Part shown: piece after piece, positions 26,551 through 40,137 of the stretch | Layout: every line of letters starts with the position of its first letter | Position numbering within the stretch: the first letter of the stretch is position 1 | Assembly: GCA_965645245.1 (NCBI GenBank) | Contig: OZ287078.1 | Location: forward strand, 1,054,001 to 1,118,000 | Reading direction: 5' to 3' | Origin: Massalongia carnosa | Lineage: Eukaryota | DNA length: 64,000 nt | Notes under the pieces: generated by a model | The model's input: only the letters and a program-made list of their open reading frames with translations | Databases searched by the model: none | Told to the model about the DNA's origin: nothing | Position numbers and translations under genes: made by a program

Positions 26551-28975
26551 GCTCTAGGTCGGACCCCAGGGTCGGATCCTTCGATACTCAGAGGCTGAGC
26601 ACGTCCATACACCAGCAACCCACTATGCCTCCTCTTCAAAAACCCAACGGGTTGTACACCTCTAATCTTGCGTCTAGTCTAATCCGCAATCCCCGAGGCT
26701 TTTCGTCGTCAATTGGGAATGAGAGTGGGATTTTTCGAACTGAACGTGGAAGGAAATATCTCGACGAAAATTTGCGTCAGCTACTTCTAACCCCTCGGCT
26801 TCAGCTCAACGAAAGTGGTTGAGTATTGAGACAAGCTCGCCAGGATGTCAGGATGGTGGAGGCGATGTCAAGGTGCGGGTATATGGTGAATTGCGGCTGG
26901 ATCGATTGGAAAGTTCGTTTCAGATGCCCAGACAAGATCTCACACAATCAATTAGAAAGATAAATGAAGAGTTTTGAACGCGTTCAGAAACCGAAGCGAG
27001 CAGTGTGCGTAGAGTCGGTAGGTACGTAGGCAACTAAAGCTCTTGGACACTGATGGCAATCTCCGTAGTCGAAACTGTGGGGAATCGGGTCTGCAAAGAG
27101 GCTGCAGGAATGCGAGATGTGCGAAAAGTCTGAGCACGCGACTGAAACTGTATATGATAAGACAGTGCCGCCGAGCAGAATTTTATGGGGGTTGTGGATG
27201 ATTGTACAGTGTGGAGCATGAAATGATATGGGGGTCAAAGAAAGTCAGACTGGCACGCCGAGGGTGGAAAGGAAGGACAGTGAGCAAAGCGTAGGACGCA
27301 GACGAGGATGAAGACGTGAAGACGTGAACAAGCGTCATGTCGAACGTGTTTTACCGGCCCAACCGCGATGTGTTTATCTTACGTAGGATAGCTAGCTTTG
27401 CTAGATGCAATCATGCAATATGCAACATGCAATATGCCGGATGCTGGGGCACGACGCGTAGAAGCCGCAGAGCATGGAGGTAGTCAGAAAGTAGTGTGCG
27501 AAGTGGACGGATAGAGTAAGACGGTTTAGAATCAACCGTTTCGGCCGAGGAGATGCTTAGTGACCGATTGGGTTTAGTTAAGCTAGGGCTACACGGTCGT
27601 GACATGACTTAATCCAGCCCGCGGCAGGTTGACCATTGAATAGCCACCCACGAAAGGCCGCCTGGGCTGAACCTACACGGTTATTCAACCTCAAATCCCC
27701 GCCAATTGGAAAACGACCATTGAAACAGACAGACTTCTAAATACCACCTATATCGTCCACAGACAAACTTCAGGAACTTGCCAAAGCTAGTTAAAACCTA
27801 TGAATTTCTAGATAATATGCCTTGTTTGACTAAGCAAGTAAAAAGTGTTCAAATCCTACATGATATGATGTCAACCTACATCCGAGATTCATACCGCGTG
27901 CAGGGAGCCGCCTGACAAAGTGGGCATCACTCACGCAATTTCCCCAAGATTAAAGAGAATGATGTCGATAGCATATGATGCTTGATCTCGTTAAGATATA
28001 ATGCCGTCCTGCCCCAGGATGATCGTTGATGGCGACCAAGAAATGATCAACGTTATTCTGAAATTTTATACTCGCTAGCACTCTACGGAACACTGGCCTT
28101 CCAACTCGATACCGTCTTTTGCGGACCCGTGGTCCCTCCCCTAGGCTTCTTCTATACGGAGTACAAAACGCCCTAAAATCCAAGATGATACAGCTGAAGA
28201 GACTCTTAGTTGTGCAGACATTGAATTAGAGCCGCTGAGGTTACTTAACTAGTTTCAATGGTTACCTTACGGCTTTTGACAAGTCACTACCAAGTGCGAG
28301 CCCTTTATCCGAGATAATGCACTAAGCTGGGCTTCAGAAACGAGCATAGTTTTTATCTTGGTTGACATGTTCCAAAAACAACCACCTATATTAGCGATTA
28401 ATATTTTTGTCTTTGAATAAGATTTTGGGGAGTCACAGCAGTTGTACGAGAATTGATGGATTTCCAGCGCATAATTAGATGTACAAATACAGTACTTCGT
28501 ACCGAGGAAAAACTGATAATAAATCATTGGTCTTGTTATGATAATATGTTCAACAAATTTTGTTATTCTTATTCACTCCAGCAGCCTTAATCAACCCCCG
28601 TTCCACATACGGCGTGCGCCACAATGGTCCATCTTGATTCTGTCGACCAGTGCCACAAACTGACGCTTCTGGCTCCTTCCGTGATGACTATCAAATCCTC
28701 AGCTGGGTTAGCGCAGCCGGAGCTTAGCGCCGGGCCAAAGCACGATAGTACTCCGTATATACTATGTGATTATGGGCTATGGTTCCTCGCCTCTTGCTTG
28801 CGATCACCAACTATCATTGGAATCGACCGTCATCAAACACGTTGTCTTCTAAATATCCGAAGATATCAGACTCTTCCGAAGTAAATAAATCATTTGTTCT
28901 TGGCCACTGGTGACCGTCGCTGTTTACCCTTTCTCCCTCCCTTGATACCTTTACCTCTGCATCCTAAGAGACGAG

Positions 28976-30664
28976 ATGAAGCTCACATTCAAGGTAGATA
29001 CCTTCTTGACACCCAATTCTTAGAGGACTAAGTTAAGTTTACCAAAAATAGGATCTGAAGCAGCAGAGGTTTGTCATAGAGGCTGAACCTTCGGAGACGG
29101 TATGAGGGCGGTTTCGGTCATTTTTAAATCATCGCCACCAGCCCAGGTTGCTTCATCAATATAGCGCTTTGATAACTAATCTATGGCTCTTGGATAGATT
29201 GGGGAGGTCAAAGAGAAGATATCAAAAGAGAAAGGATGGGAGGCAAGCCAGCAGAAACTTATCTATTCCGGTACGCTGTGCAAGCTGCAGAGCGAACAGG
29301 ATGGGGTTGATAGGTTACTCACAAAGGATTTTGCTGACAGCGGTATCATGGTTGTAGGCAAGATCTTACAAGATGGCAATACCGTGGAATCGTATCACAT
29401 TGAGGAGAAAGGCTTCATCGTGTGCATGACGTCAAAGGTATGTCGTTCTCGATGCCTAAATCGTCGGATGTAAGCTAATAGACGTCAAAGCCCAAGCCCA
29501 CCCCCCCCGCTAATCATGTGGCTTCTTCATCTTCTAATGCTCCTTCAACACCTGCTTCTCAAACAGCGCAAACTCCTGCTCCACCGGCTGCTCCAGCTCC
29601 TGCATCAAACCCACCCACAACTGTTCCATCTACCCCAACACCAGCCCCGCCTGCCGCAAGCGGCACCACAACAGACGATGGAAACTTCAACGATCCGTCT
29701 GCCCTTACACTGGGAGCCCAACGGGATGCGGCCGTTTCGAATATGGAAAACATGGGCTTCCTAAGAGCGGATATTGACCGTGCCATGAGAGCGGCATTTT
29801 TCAATCCAGACCGCGCAGTAGAATATCTGTTAAATGTAAGACTTATCGAGATAGGTACTCCTTATAAGGCTAACGGACCCAAGGGTATTCCCGAAAACGT
29901 CCAGCAGGGACAACAGTCTGCCCGGGGTGCTTCTGGAGCACGCTCAACTGGTGTTGCCGCTGCAGCCTCACCAACACCAGCCACCGGCAACGCTCCCGCT
30001 GTCGCAGACTCTTCCGCCGATGCAGGCGACCAACCAGTCAATCTTTTTGAAGCCGCTGCCCTAGCAGGACGCGGTGGCACTGGAGGCGGACCTGCTCGGC
30101 CCCCTCGTCAAGCATCATCCGCCGCCACCGCCGGCGGCGCTCCGCGAGAAGGCCTGGGTGCAGGAGCTGCTGCCGGAATCGACGCCGCGGCAGGCGGCCT
30201 CGGCAATCTGGACTTCTTACGAACCAACCCGCAGTTTCAGCAGTTGCGATCAATTGTACAGACGCAGCCGCAAATGCTGGAGCCGATCTTGCAGCAAGTT
30301 GGCGCGGGAAACCCGGGGCTTGCACAGCTCATCGGGCGGAATCCGGATCAGTTCTTGCAGCTGCTCAGCGAGGAAGCCGAGGGTGATGTACCGTTGCCCC
30401 CCGGGGCGCAGGAAATTAGCGTTACAGAGGATGAGAGGGCAGCTATTGAACGGGTAAGGTTTATTTATTCTTGTTCTCCTAGTTCTCTGCATGTGAGTGT
30501 GAGGTTGATTTAGCCGTTTACTGATGGTATGGTGTTTCTGGCAGTTGTGCCTCCTGGGCTTCGAGCGTGATATGGTAATTCAGGCCTATTTTGCGTGCGA
30601 CAAGAACGAGGAACTCGCGGCCAACTTCCTCTTCGATCAGCCGGACGATGGTGATGAGGCTTGA
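28976..30664 (+). CDS. RAD23: UV excision repair/proteasome shuttle Rad23
   Basis: UBL (MKLTFK/DLKQQRF...QKLIYSGKIL), UBA1 (MGF...[17 protein letters not shown]), XPC-binding ([14 protein letters not shown]), UBA2 ([18 protein letters not shown]). Confidence 0.95.
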
Positions 30665-31357
30665 GGGGGGCCCAGGGTGAGAGGTTGGAGTAGCTATTGT
30701 TGAGTCGATGCGTCGGGTTGAGCCGGAAGATTTTGATGGGCAGCTGTCTTATCTTTCTTTCATGCTTGCACCCACGCATGCATGCCTCACTATTCCTTGC
30801 ATGATTTCGCTTGGGCTTTGGCCTCTGTTACTTAGGTACCTCGAGCTTTCTGCTGCTCATCCCAGCTCATAAGAAATAAGGAGTTATCAATCAATCGATC
30901 CTGAACATAGCATGCAAGCAATCGAACCTTATTCAACCTTTAAGATCCTTGGTGATGCATGCCTCCATACCTCCCTTCCCCTTTGTCTTTCAGTCTATCG
31001 GTTTTTTCTTCTTTTTCATTTGACTTTTTAGCTTTTTGGGTGCTTGGTATGTGAGAACATCGTCGGGAAAATCGTGATAATTTTGATTCGCTCGACCGCG
31101 GTAGGTAGGTAACGGGTTGGGGAGGTGGATGTAGAGAGGGCGTAGATGAAAGGATAGCAACACCACCATTAAGGAGGGCAAGAAAAAATAATCGAAAGCA
31201 CGCTTTTGGAATTGGAACGAACGAATGCTAGCTATGTATGTAGGTAGTAACCAAGCAAAGCGGAACGGAAATGTAAAAAGCATATAAGAGCTATGGAAGA
31301 TGGATACGTATAATAAATAGGTAAGCTCCACTCAGCCAGCCAAACACCATTTACGCT

Positions 31358-33349
31358 TTACGCTTTCAATTCGCCCCGCTCCATTACCGCTTCTCCTTCG
31401 TCATTGCTAGCACCATCACCATCCACCCCACGGCTATGGCCATCGTCAGCGCCACCACCACTAGCGACAACGCTGCTGCACCTTTTCCCAACCCTCCAAA
31501 TCGTCAGCCCCCTCCTCCCAAACACCCGCTGCACAGAATCCCACACTCCGTCCCCAACAAGATCCAGATCGTCCAACCCCACGTGTCGTCTGTATATCCA
31601 CAACTCCTCAAACACTAAGTCCCGATCGCCCTCACCCTGCATCCACGTGTCCAGTTCCATGCTTGATCTCGGTGCCACGAGTCCTACCCCCAGGCCACCA
31701 CAACCCTCGCCATCGACGCCAGCCCTGATCCTGGAGATCATGGCTTCCGGGCTTGCACCCATCAAATCCGTGACACGGATGCGATTCCCATCCAACAACC
31801 AGACGGGCGGGCTGTAAGTACGCCACCAAAAGACCTCCGCGCTGTGCAGGGCGCGCTGCTGCCCAAGCCATATCTGCGCAGGAATAACACCGCCTTGGTG
31901 GTAGACGCCCATAAGGCACGCAAGGGCGGCATTAAATATCAGCCAGACAGCAAGGAAGAGGCGAGTACGGGGGGGAGTTCGAGGGAGATGCGCAGCTGTG
32001 AGGAAGAGAGGCACCGCCGGAAGAAGAAAGCGGGGTTCTTGGTGCGGGATCAGGGATAGGAGGGCCGTGGCTGAGATAGCGGAGAGAAGAGGTAGTCGTG
32101 GGAGAGAGAATTTTGGGCGCGGAAGGAGGAATAAAGCTGGGCCCAAGAGAAGGGGAATAGAGACAAGAAGATGCTGATATAAGGGATGAAGGCCATGGAG
32201 GGAGAGGTTGGCGGTGGAGGTGTTGTAGAGGAGTGAGTTGAGAGGGGTTATGATGGGCGAGTGGAGAAGATGCCATGGAAGAGGGAGGGCAGACGAGGAA
32301 GTATAGAAGGCAGTATCGAGGGCGATGCCAAGGAGGGCCGTGAGGAAGGTCGTAAGGGCAAAGATGAGGAAAGAAAGCGGTCTGCGATATTTAGTAAGGT
32401 TGAAAAATCGTCTTGACCAAAGGACTTTATACTTTCGGAAGAAATGAGGGAGCAGGTATAGGCCGGGGAGGAGGAGGAAGGCGGGGAATGTGATGCGATT
32501 GAAGATTCCGAAGGTAGCGAGCGAGCCCAGGATGGCGGAAGAAAGGAGCGAGGATCGTTGCTGGAAATCGTGTAAGCACCAAGCTCACCCGGAACACCTA
32601 GATTCTGGAACGAACCTTATTTTCCAGGATCCGCTGGATCATGACCAAACTCCACGCTACAACCAGAGTTTCCACCGAGTTAGAAAACGTATGCGTTTGG
32701 TAAGTCCAGGTAACGTAGGAGGAAGCCACCAAGACCACAGCCAGTCTTCGATGGCGCGGAGACTGAACCAACTCATGAATTGCCCAATCCTCGAGAACGA
32801 AGCTTAGAATGAACATTAAAACCCGTAGGGTGTAGTAAATAATTCTAGGGGGTATATCTTCTTTCCCCGTCTCGGTCCAGAGCCATCGTAGCACCACCAT
32901 GGGGAAGCCATAAACTGGCCATAACGGGAAGACGCTTCGCACCGGGCGATCTGACGTAAATTCCCACGTCAAATGATGAGGGAAGGAGAAAAGATTGCCT
33001 GCACGATTTGATCAGATTAGCGGGTTGAGATTGATAGCGGTGCTGTTGGGATGAGTGCTGAATGCGAAGAAAAGGAAAAGGGGTTAGGGGTGCACCCTTA
33101 TTAAGGCTTATGCATGGTTAGCTCGCTGAAATCTTTCCATCTCCGGCGTCTTCGCCTGGCGAGGCTGATGACGCGCATTACACGTCTGGCACATAGGGCA
33201 CAATAGGGAAGGAGATCAACCGACGATCGCAGAAGCTTACCAGCAATCACCTCTGGTCCCTGGAAATTCTCATCCGGGTGGATGTAGCTAGGCGAAATGG
33301 CAAAATAGAATCTTGCAGCCAACAATACAAGGTACGTTCGTGTCCACAT
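31358..33349 (-). CDS. SMP3: GPI mannosyltransferase 4 (Smp3/PIG-Z, GT22)
   Basis: [68 protein letters not shown]. Confidence 0.92.
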
Positions 33350-34121
33350 GCTGAGTCAGTCCAGCATAGAATCGAGGGTGGAAGAGGAGAGTGACACGCT
33401 CGACTGATGCTTGAATGATCGCTTCATCCTTTTTGGAGTGTTGATACAGAGTACAAGCTGACAGAGAGAGGCGACCGGGTCTACTTCTGTTACTCTGAAA
33501 TTAATTACGTAGGCACGTGGGGAAAGAGAGACGAACGGGAAATTAATCTTATCTAAGAGTGGTCAACTTATAGAGTATTTTGCAGACTTCCTTTTGCCCT
33601 TTTGTCTTTTCCATTTTATCCTAGGTTGTTCCATGTCATTATCTGTCATTGAAATATAGAGTATATGTACTTATGTAGTCCAAGGTTTATCGCCTCTAAA
33701 GAATCCATTTGTTTTCACTTTCTTATCTTTTATTCATTATAACTATAGAAAATCAACCCGATGTGTCACCTAATGACCTCCAACCTCTTTGTAGAGTACT
33801 TTCCAAAACTTGAGCGTGCAACGAATGTCTTGAGCAGACAAAGTGCTCCACGCAGAAAGACTCGTGATACAAGCCCATTGCACCTTGAAATGCAACCGAG
33901 TATTATTTTTTCGCTACTTTTACTCTAGAACGCTGCTATCCTGGTTTCATTCTAAGCTCTCCACGGAAACAACGATTTTTGACCATGCTTTGGCTGACTG
34001 GTAGTTAACTTGCAAGACTGAAAAATTAACAAGCTTGTCCTCTATTGCCACCTTCTTTTTCTCCTTGCATGTTCCTCCAACTCACCTGTTACTTGTTGTC
34101 TGTCTACCTTTGCTACCCGTT

Positions 34122-35396
34122 CACGCGGGTGACAAAAAAACGTGAACACCAAAATTTTCGCTTGCTACACAACCTTTCTAACCTTCGCATTTATAATAAT
34201 GGAGCTCAATTCAGCCTCTAATTCTACTAAATATGGTGATTTTAATACTCCCACTAAAGCTAAATTTCAGGGAGCTATAGAATATGCTCAGGCGAAGGGA
34301 ATGCTGCACAGCAAGCAGGATGTTTTCGATTTTTTTTGGCATAGAAAGGACTCGAGGTTATGCTATGCTTAAAAACACGAACAATAGTCGTCGCGCTCAT
34401 AACGCTGATGAATCGGAGTCTCGTGGTCGTCATCATAAGCTTTCAGACGAAAATATTGATCATATGGATGAAATAGTACAAACGTGGGGCTTGGAGGGAA
34501 GAGCAATGACCTGTACTCAATTGGCTACAGCTGCTGAGGCTTTCTCCGTTTCATGGCGTACGATTCAGAGAGCCATGAACAAGCGAAATTATCAAAAATA
34601 CCTCGCATGCATCAAGACCTACGTTCCTGAGAATTTAATGAACACACGTCGTGCCTGGGCTTGAGAAAAAAGACACACATATTCGCTCAGTGACTTGGAG
34701 AAAGTACGATTTTCTGATGAGATACATTTCGGTCGTGGTCCACAGCGAAAGCTATGCATCATACGTCAACCTGAGCAGCGTACGTGTGACGATTGTATTC
34801 AGAAACAGCGTCCACCGAAAGAAAAAGACAAAAAACAGAAACGATATCATTGCTGGGCCGCTGTGGGTTGGAACTTCAAATCAGAGCTCATATTTTACGA
34901 AGTTCCCGGAAATTCCAATGGAAAGATGAGTCAAAGGGTATATATTGACTCCATTTTGGAGCCTGTAGTCAAGTCATGGCTGAAAAGAGGTGATGATTTT
35001 ATAATGGAAGAGGACGGAGATTCCGGGCATGGTTCAGGAAAGACAACGTCGTACGAAGATGGAAAGACGAGCATCAATTGAAAATACTATTTCAACTGCT
35101 CTCATTCTCCCGATCTTTCGCCAATTGAGAACTGCGGGCAGGTCCCCAATCAAATCGTTGGTCGTCAATCTCATTGGAATGATCAAACCACAATAGCTGC
35201 AATCAGAAAGGGGTAGGCGAAGCTTTCTCAGACCAAGATCAACGAATGGGTAGCATCAATGCCCAAAAGAATTGATGATGTGCTTGATATGAGGGGTAAA
35301 ATGACTGAATGATAAATTGTTTGATGTAAATAAGATATGAGATAATTAGCTAGCAAGCGAAAATTTTGGTGTTTGCGTTTTTTTGTCACCCGCGTG
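34122..35396 (+). mobile_element. Tc1-like (DDE_3) transposon copy A with CAC..GTG termini and 5-bp TSD CCGTT
   Basis: About 37-bp TIRs cacgcgggtgacaaaaaaacgtgaacaccaaaatttt / aaaattttggtgtttgcgtttttttgtcacccgcgtg; ccgtt at 34117-21 and 35397-401. Confidence 0.92.
34199..35312 (+). pseudogene. Tc1-like transposase, frameshifted and with stops
   Basis: NTPTKAKFQGA, GRHHKLS, VRFSDEIHFG, EEDGDSGHG, HSPDLSPIENC; several frameshifts and stops. Confidence 0.9.
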
Positions 35397-36135
35397 CCGT
35401 TTAAGCTGCTCCAAACTTTATTTGAGCTAGGATGTGTTTGAAAAAGACGTATTCATAGAAAATCATGCCCTTGGGAGAACAATATCCTGCCAACAAGACC
35501 CTATTTACAAAGGGCGTGTACACATTGGGGAGCTGGGCTTTGATGAACACCAAACTGGCAGACATAAGAGCCGAGTGCCCACAAAAATATTCACGAAAGA
35601 AAATGTCGAGCACACCAGCTTCCCGATAGAGTGGCCTTAGGCCTTAGGTTTTTTAAAAGAGAGCATGTATACTTCAAAAACATGCACTCCCTATTAATAT
35701 TAGTTGCAGACACTATCCGAAAATAACAAAGTGAAGAACTTTTTATGTTATATAAAGGTAAAGTGAAGGTTATTATACTGAATGGAGGTTGGGCATACCA
35801 TATGCAACAGGGAGCAACTGAAATCCTAAGTTTGATGGATCGATTAATGAAATGTAATGAATAGATGTCTAAAAAAGGGTTGTTACTGCGTGCTACTCTA
35901 TACTCATCACGCTAGACCTAATGCCTGGATTTATAGGTACCTACTCGCTTGACCGTTTGCGGAAAGGTCGCACCATGCTTGCCGCCTTGTCCAGACATTC
36001 AAATCATTCACATCTGACGAAGGACATCGTCATTTCGCTCAAAATATCTATTTTCTTCCATCAACAGCTCAACCGTTCTTACCATAACTCATAAAAAACT
36101 ACGCTATCCATTAAACTCAAATTCAAACTGACAAT

Positions 36136-36872
36136 ATGTCTACCCCCACTAACACTATCAAGCTCCAGAGCTCCGATCATGCTGAGCTCTCTGTCGGTGC
36201 GTAACTTTGCTCTCAACTATTACTGTTTGCGACAGTCGTGCTAATATTATGGTCCTCGATGTAGAACGGGAAGTCGCTGAGCGCTCGATTTTGATTAAGA
36301 ATATGATTGAAGATATGGGTGAAGAGGTTATCAGTGATGTTATTCCAATCCCTAACGTGCGTTGTTCGCTCCAAAAGTCAAATGAAGGTCAAAGGTTGAC
36401 GGTGAGGTACAGGTAAATGAGGCCGTTTTAAACAAAGTCATTGAATGGTGCATCCATCATCGTGCTGACCCCCCAGCATCCACCGACGATGATTCTGACT
36501 CGCGAAAGAAGACTACTGATATCGACGAGTGGGACCAAAAGTTTATGCAGGTCGACCAAGAGATGCTCTTCGAGATTATCCTGGTAAGTCAAGTTACCTC
36601 GCCAATCAATGATGGTATTTAATCGCGCGTGATATGTAGGCTGCCAACTACCTTGACATTAAGGCTCTCCTAGACGTTGGTTGCAAGACCGTTGCCAATA
36701 TGATCAAGGGAAAGTCCCCAGAGGAGATCCGCAAAACTTTCAATATCCAAAACGATTTCACTCCTGAGGAGGAAGACCAGATCCGTCGTGAGAACGAGTG
36801 GGCCGAAGAGTAGGCGCCTATCCTACAAACTTCTGTTTCGAACTTTGCTAATTTTGTTGATACAGCCGCTGA
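36136..36872 (+). CDS. SKP1: SCF subunit Skp1 (SconC-like)
   Basis: [87 protein letters not shown]. Confidence 0.96.
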
Positions 36873-37928
36873 GCATCCCTTATCCATATCGCCTCGGAAA
36901 GCACGCTGCTTTAGAGATACGAGCTCGCCCCTCTTACAGCATGGTTTATCCCCGTTATCTACAGTGCATCGGCTAGCAACGAATCATGGAATAGGCAAGG
37001 CGTTACGAACAGCGGCACTGTTTTTCTTTTGAATTGGTTCCGGTGCGGAGGGGCGGGCGGGGTATGTCTAAACCTGTATTCTCCTACAGCTCCCAATCTA
37101 GAGCGATCGGGTCCTCATTCTCTTTCCTTTTGTACCTCCATACTCCAGGCTTGTCTTTGAAAGCTCATTGAAAATGGCGGAGGCTTTAACGAAGTGGCAT
37201 AAATAACTCGGTAATCTACTTTCTGAACATACCAAGTTTGCCTAAAAGAGAAATCCATATCTAGTTAGCCAAACTTCCCACCCTACCCCATTCCATCTGA
37301 TTCGAAGTCTCGCTCTTCCATCCATCTCATCCCATCCATCCCTTCCGTTCTCATGCAGGAGCTCGGCGATACCCGAAAGTAAACTTGGCCGTGACCGATC
37401 CATTTACATACGATATATGGATAGATGAATTATATGATACTATTCAGAGAAGTTGGGGCTTGTAAGTGAGAGAAAGGAGAGAGGGAATGAGGGATTTGCC
37501 TATGCTAGCTAGCTAGCTAACTAGCTGGAAGGAAGGATTTCAGCTTTGGTTTTTGAGATCTCTTCTCCTTGCTCGCTCGCTTGCTATTTACCCCCATCTG
37601 TAAATCGGTATTTTCAACTGAGGGCCTCGGATCCTAATAACTAGCTCGCTCATCCTTCTCTCCCAACCTTCAAACTCCCACGACCGACAGACAGACCGAC
37701 CCCAGGTCTCCCTACCGCTACCAACAACTAGCACGAAACCGATGAAAGATAGAAGTATCGAAAGGAACAGCGAAATCTCATTTCCCCCCAATCTCTATCT
37801 CATCCCATCAGATCCCCCCGTTTCCCTGCCCTCCAACGAACGAATCTCGATGAATTGGCAGGGCTAGGGATTGGAAGGAAAAGGGGAAATCCGGAAATGC
37901 GCAGGGGAAGGGAAGGAGATGGAGGTAT

Positions 37929-38339
37929 TCAAATGCCAATGCGAGTCTTGCGCCAGTGGCGGCGTTTCGCATTGTATCTATTTGTTGTAAGTTTTGTGGG
38001 TTCCTTATTGAATCCGGATTTCGATTTGGGGATAATAAGGGGGAAACCGAGGAGCGAGGAGCGAAGAAGAAATCAAACGAACCGGATCGTGTTTCCCGTA
38101 CGTAGGCGGATCCACTGCGGAATCGGGCGATTTTGCTTCTGGGCTTTGGCGAGCTTCTGCTTCGTGCGGAATGACTTGTGAGACTGTTGTGTCGACGGGG
38201 GGCGGAGGGTGGCTGTTAGTGAGATTTCTGCTCTTCGTGTTTTTTTTTCTCTGCGCGTGATAGTAAAATTTGGGGGGAGGGGGGGGGGGATAGAGGGAAA
38301 GGAGACTGCGTAGATAGATGGATGGGGACGTACTGGCAT
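37929..38339 (-). CDS. RPL39: 60S ribosomal protein L39
   Basis: [51 protein letters not shown]; 2 introns. Confidence 0.96.
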
Positions 38340-38440
38340 TTTGGGAAGTTGTTGATTTGGGAGATGGTGGATAGAGGGGGTCGTGGATGGAGTTTGTGTG
38401 GAGGGCTCGCTTAGATAGTCTGCGCTAAGTCACGTGGCTA

Positions 38441-38702
38441 AACGGCAGGTGACACAAAAAACTGCACATTAAAGCTCGCTTAGCGGGTCATACTCAATAG
38501 TTTGCTTTCAATGTCTATGTTTTCAAATAAGTCTCAATCAATCATGCTTCTTTATTGATTAATAAAAGTTTGTAAATAACTTATGTATAAGCTGAACTTG
38601 TATTATTTCAAATTTTATAACTATCGAAATTTATTTGACGATATTATTGAAGCTGTCTGTAAAGGTCAGATTTGTGTGTGCCGTTTTTTTGTCACCCGCG
38701 TC
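38441..38702. mobile_element. Probable MITE of the CAC..GTG Tc1-like family
   Basis: Degenerate inverted ends acggcaggtgacacaaaaaactgcac / gtgccgtttttttgtcacccgcgtc; AT-rich non-coding interior of about 260 bp. Confidence 0.65.
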
Positions 38703-38806
38703 CTAACAGTAGTTACTCTGTATTGGCACGCGCGTGACAAAAATGGCCCGAACACCAAAATTTAGCCGAAATTTCTTTGATTGTACAGTCACATTAGACC
38801 CCCAAT

Positions 38807-39876
38807 ATGGAGCCCAATTTAGAGCTACGATTGACTAAAAAACAACCGCATACTACTCCTACTAAGGCTAAGGTTCAGGGAGCCATTGAATATGCACAGG
38901 CGAAAGGACTTTTGCATAGCAAACAGGACGTTTTCGATTTTTTCGGAGTGGGAAGAACTCAGGGTTATGCAATGCTGAACGATATCAGCACCAATCGTCG
39001 TTTGCATAATTCTTACATAGCATAGCCTCGAGGTCGACCTCATAAGCTGCTTAAAAGCATATTGATCGTATGCTTGAAATTTTGGAGACATGGGGCTTGG
39101 AGGGACGATCGATGACCTGGACTCAATTGGCTGCAGCTGCGGAGGCTCCCGTCGTTTCATGGCGTACGATTTAACAAGCTCTGAAAGAACGAAACTATCA
39201 TAAATGCACTGCTTGCACGAAGACCTTCGTGCCAGAAAATCTGATGAAAACACGAAGAGATTGGGCTTGGGAGAAAAGACACACCTGGGCTTTGAATGAT
39301 TGGAAAAAGGTACGATTTTCTGACGAGGTTCACTTCGGGCGAGGTCCACAACGAAAGCTTCAAATCATTCGAAAGCCTGTCAACGTACGTGTGAGGACTG
39401 CATTCAAGAACAACGTCAGCCAGAAGAGAAGGATAAAAAGCAGAAACGATATCATTGTTGGGCCGCGGTGGGCTGGAATTTCAAGTCGCAGTTGATATTT
39501 TATGAGGTTCCCAGCAATTCGAATGGAAAGATGAGTCAACGAGTGTATATTGACTCCATTCTGGAGCCGGTTGTCAAATCATGGATGGAAGAAGGTCATG
39601 AATTCGTATTGGAAGAGGATGGAGACTCCGGGCATGGTTCAGGAAAGGATAATATCGTACGACAATGGAAGGAGGCAAATGGGCTACGATATTACTTCAA
39701 TTGTCCTCATTCTCCTGATCTTTCTCCCATCGAGAATTGTTGGCAGGTTCCAAAACAAACGGTTGGACGTCAACCTCATTGGGATGATGATACCACAATT
39801 GCTGCAATTAAGAAGGGTTGGGCCAAATTTTCTCAGGCAAAAACCAATCAATGGATCGATTCAATGCCCAAAAGAA
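38807..39876 (+). pseudogene. Tc1-like transposase of copy B, disrupted
   Basis: TTPTKAKVQGAIEYAQAKG, VRFSDEVHFG, EEDGDSGHG...SPDLSPIENCW, SMPKR; cut at about 39877 by the Helitron. Confidence 0.9.
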
Positions 39877-40040
39877 TGCCCTGAAACGTAAGTGAAAGGG
39901 TTATGGAAGGAAAAACGGGGTGGGCTCGGTCTCCGCAAATGATTGGCTCTCAGCGTTTCCAATTCGGGCTCTCATTGATCATTAATGCGGACACTAGGAT
40001 TTTTGTCGCTCCGAAAGTCATGAGTCTAACCCAAACGGTC

Positions 40041-40137
40041 CATCTAGGGCAACCGTAGATGGAACGTTCTATTTCGTGTTACGGTGGTCACAAGGGACCT
40101 CAATGGTTCATCTAGGGCAACCGTAGATGGAACGTTC
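40041..40137. repeat. Two direct copies of a 29-bp hairpin-forming motif
   Basis: catctagggcaaccgtagatggaacgttc at 40041-69 and 40109-37; stem catcta...tagatg. Confidence 0.9.

Noticed and set aside
33540..35900. Coding-like sequence on both sides of Tc1-like copy A
   Set aside because: Joining the flanks gives no recognisable protein; too degenerate to call.
34199..39876. True Transib/RAG1 transposase
   Set aside because: The protein motifs (FSDE, SPDLSPIE) are Tc1/DDE_3-type; only the DNA ends look Transib-like.
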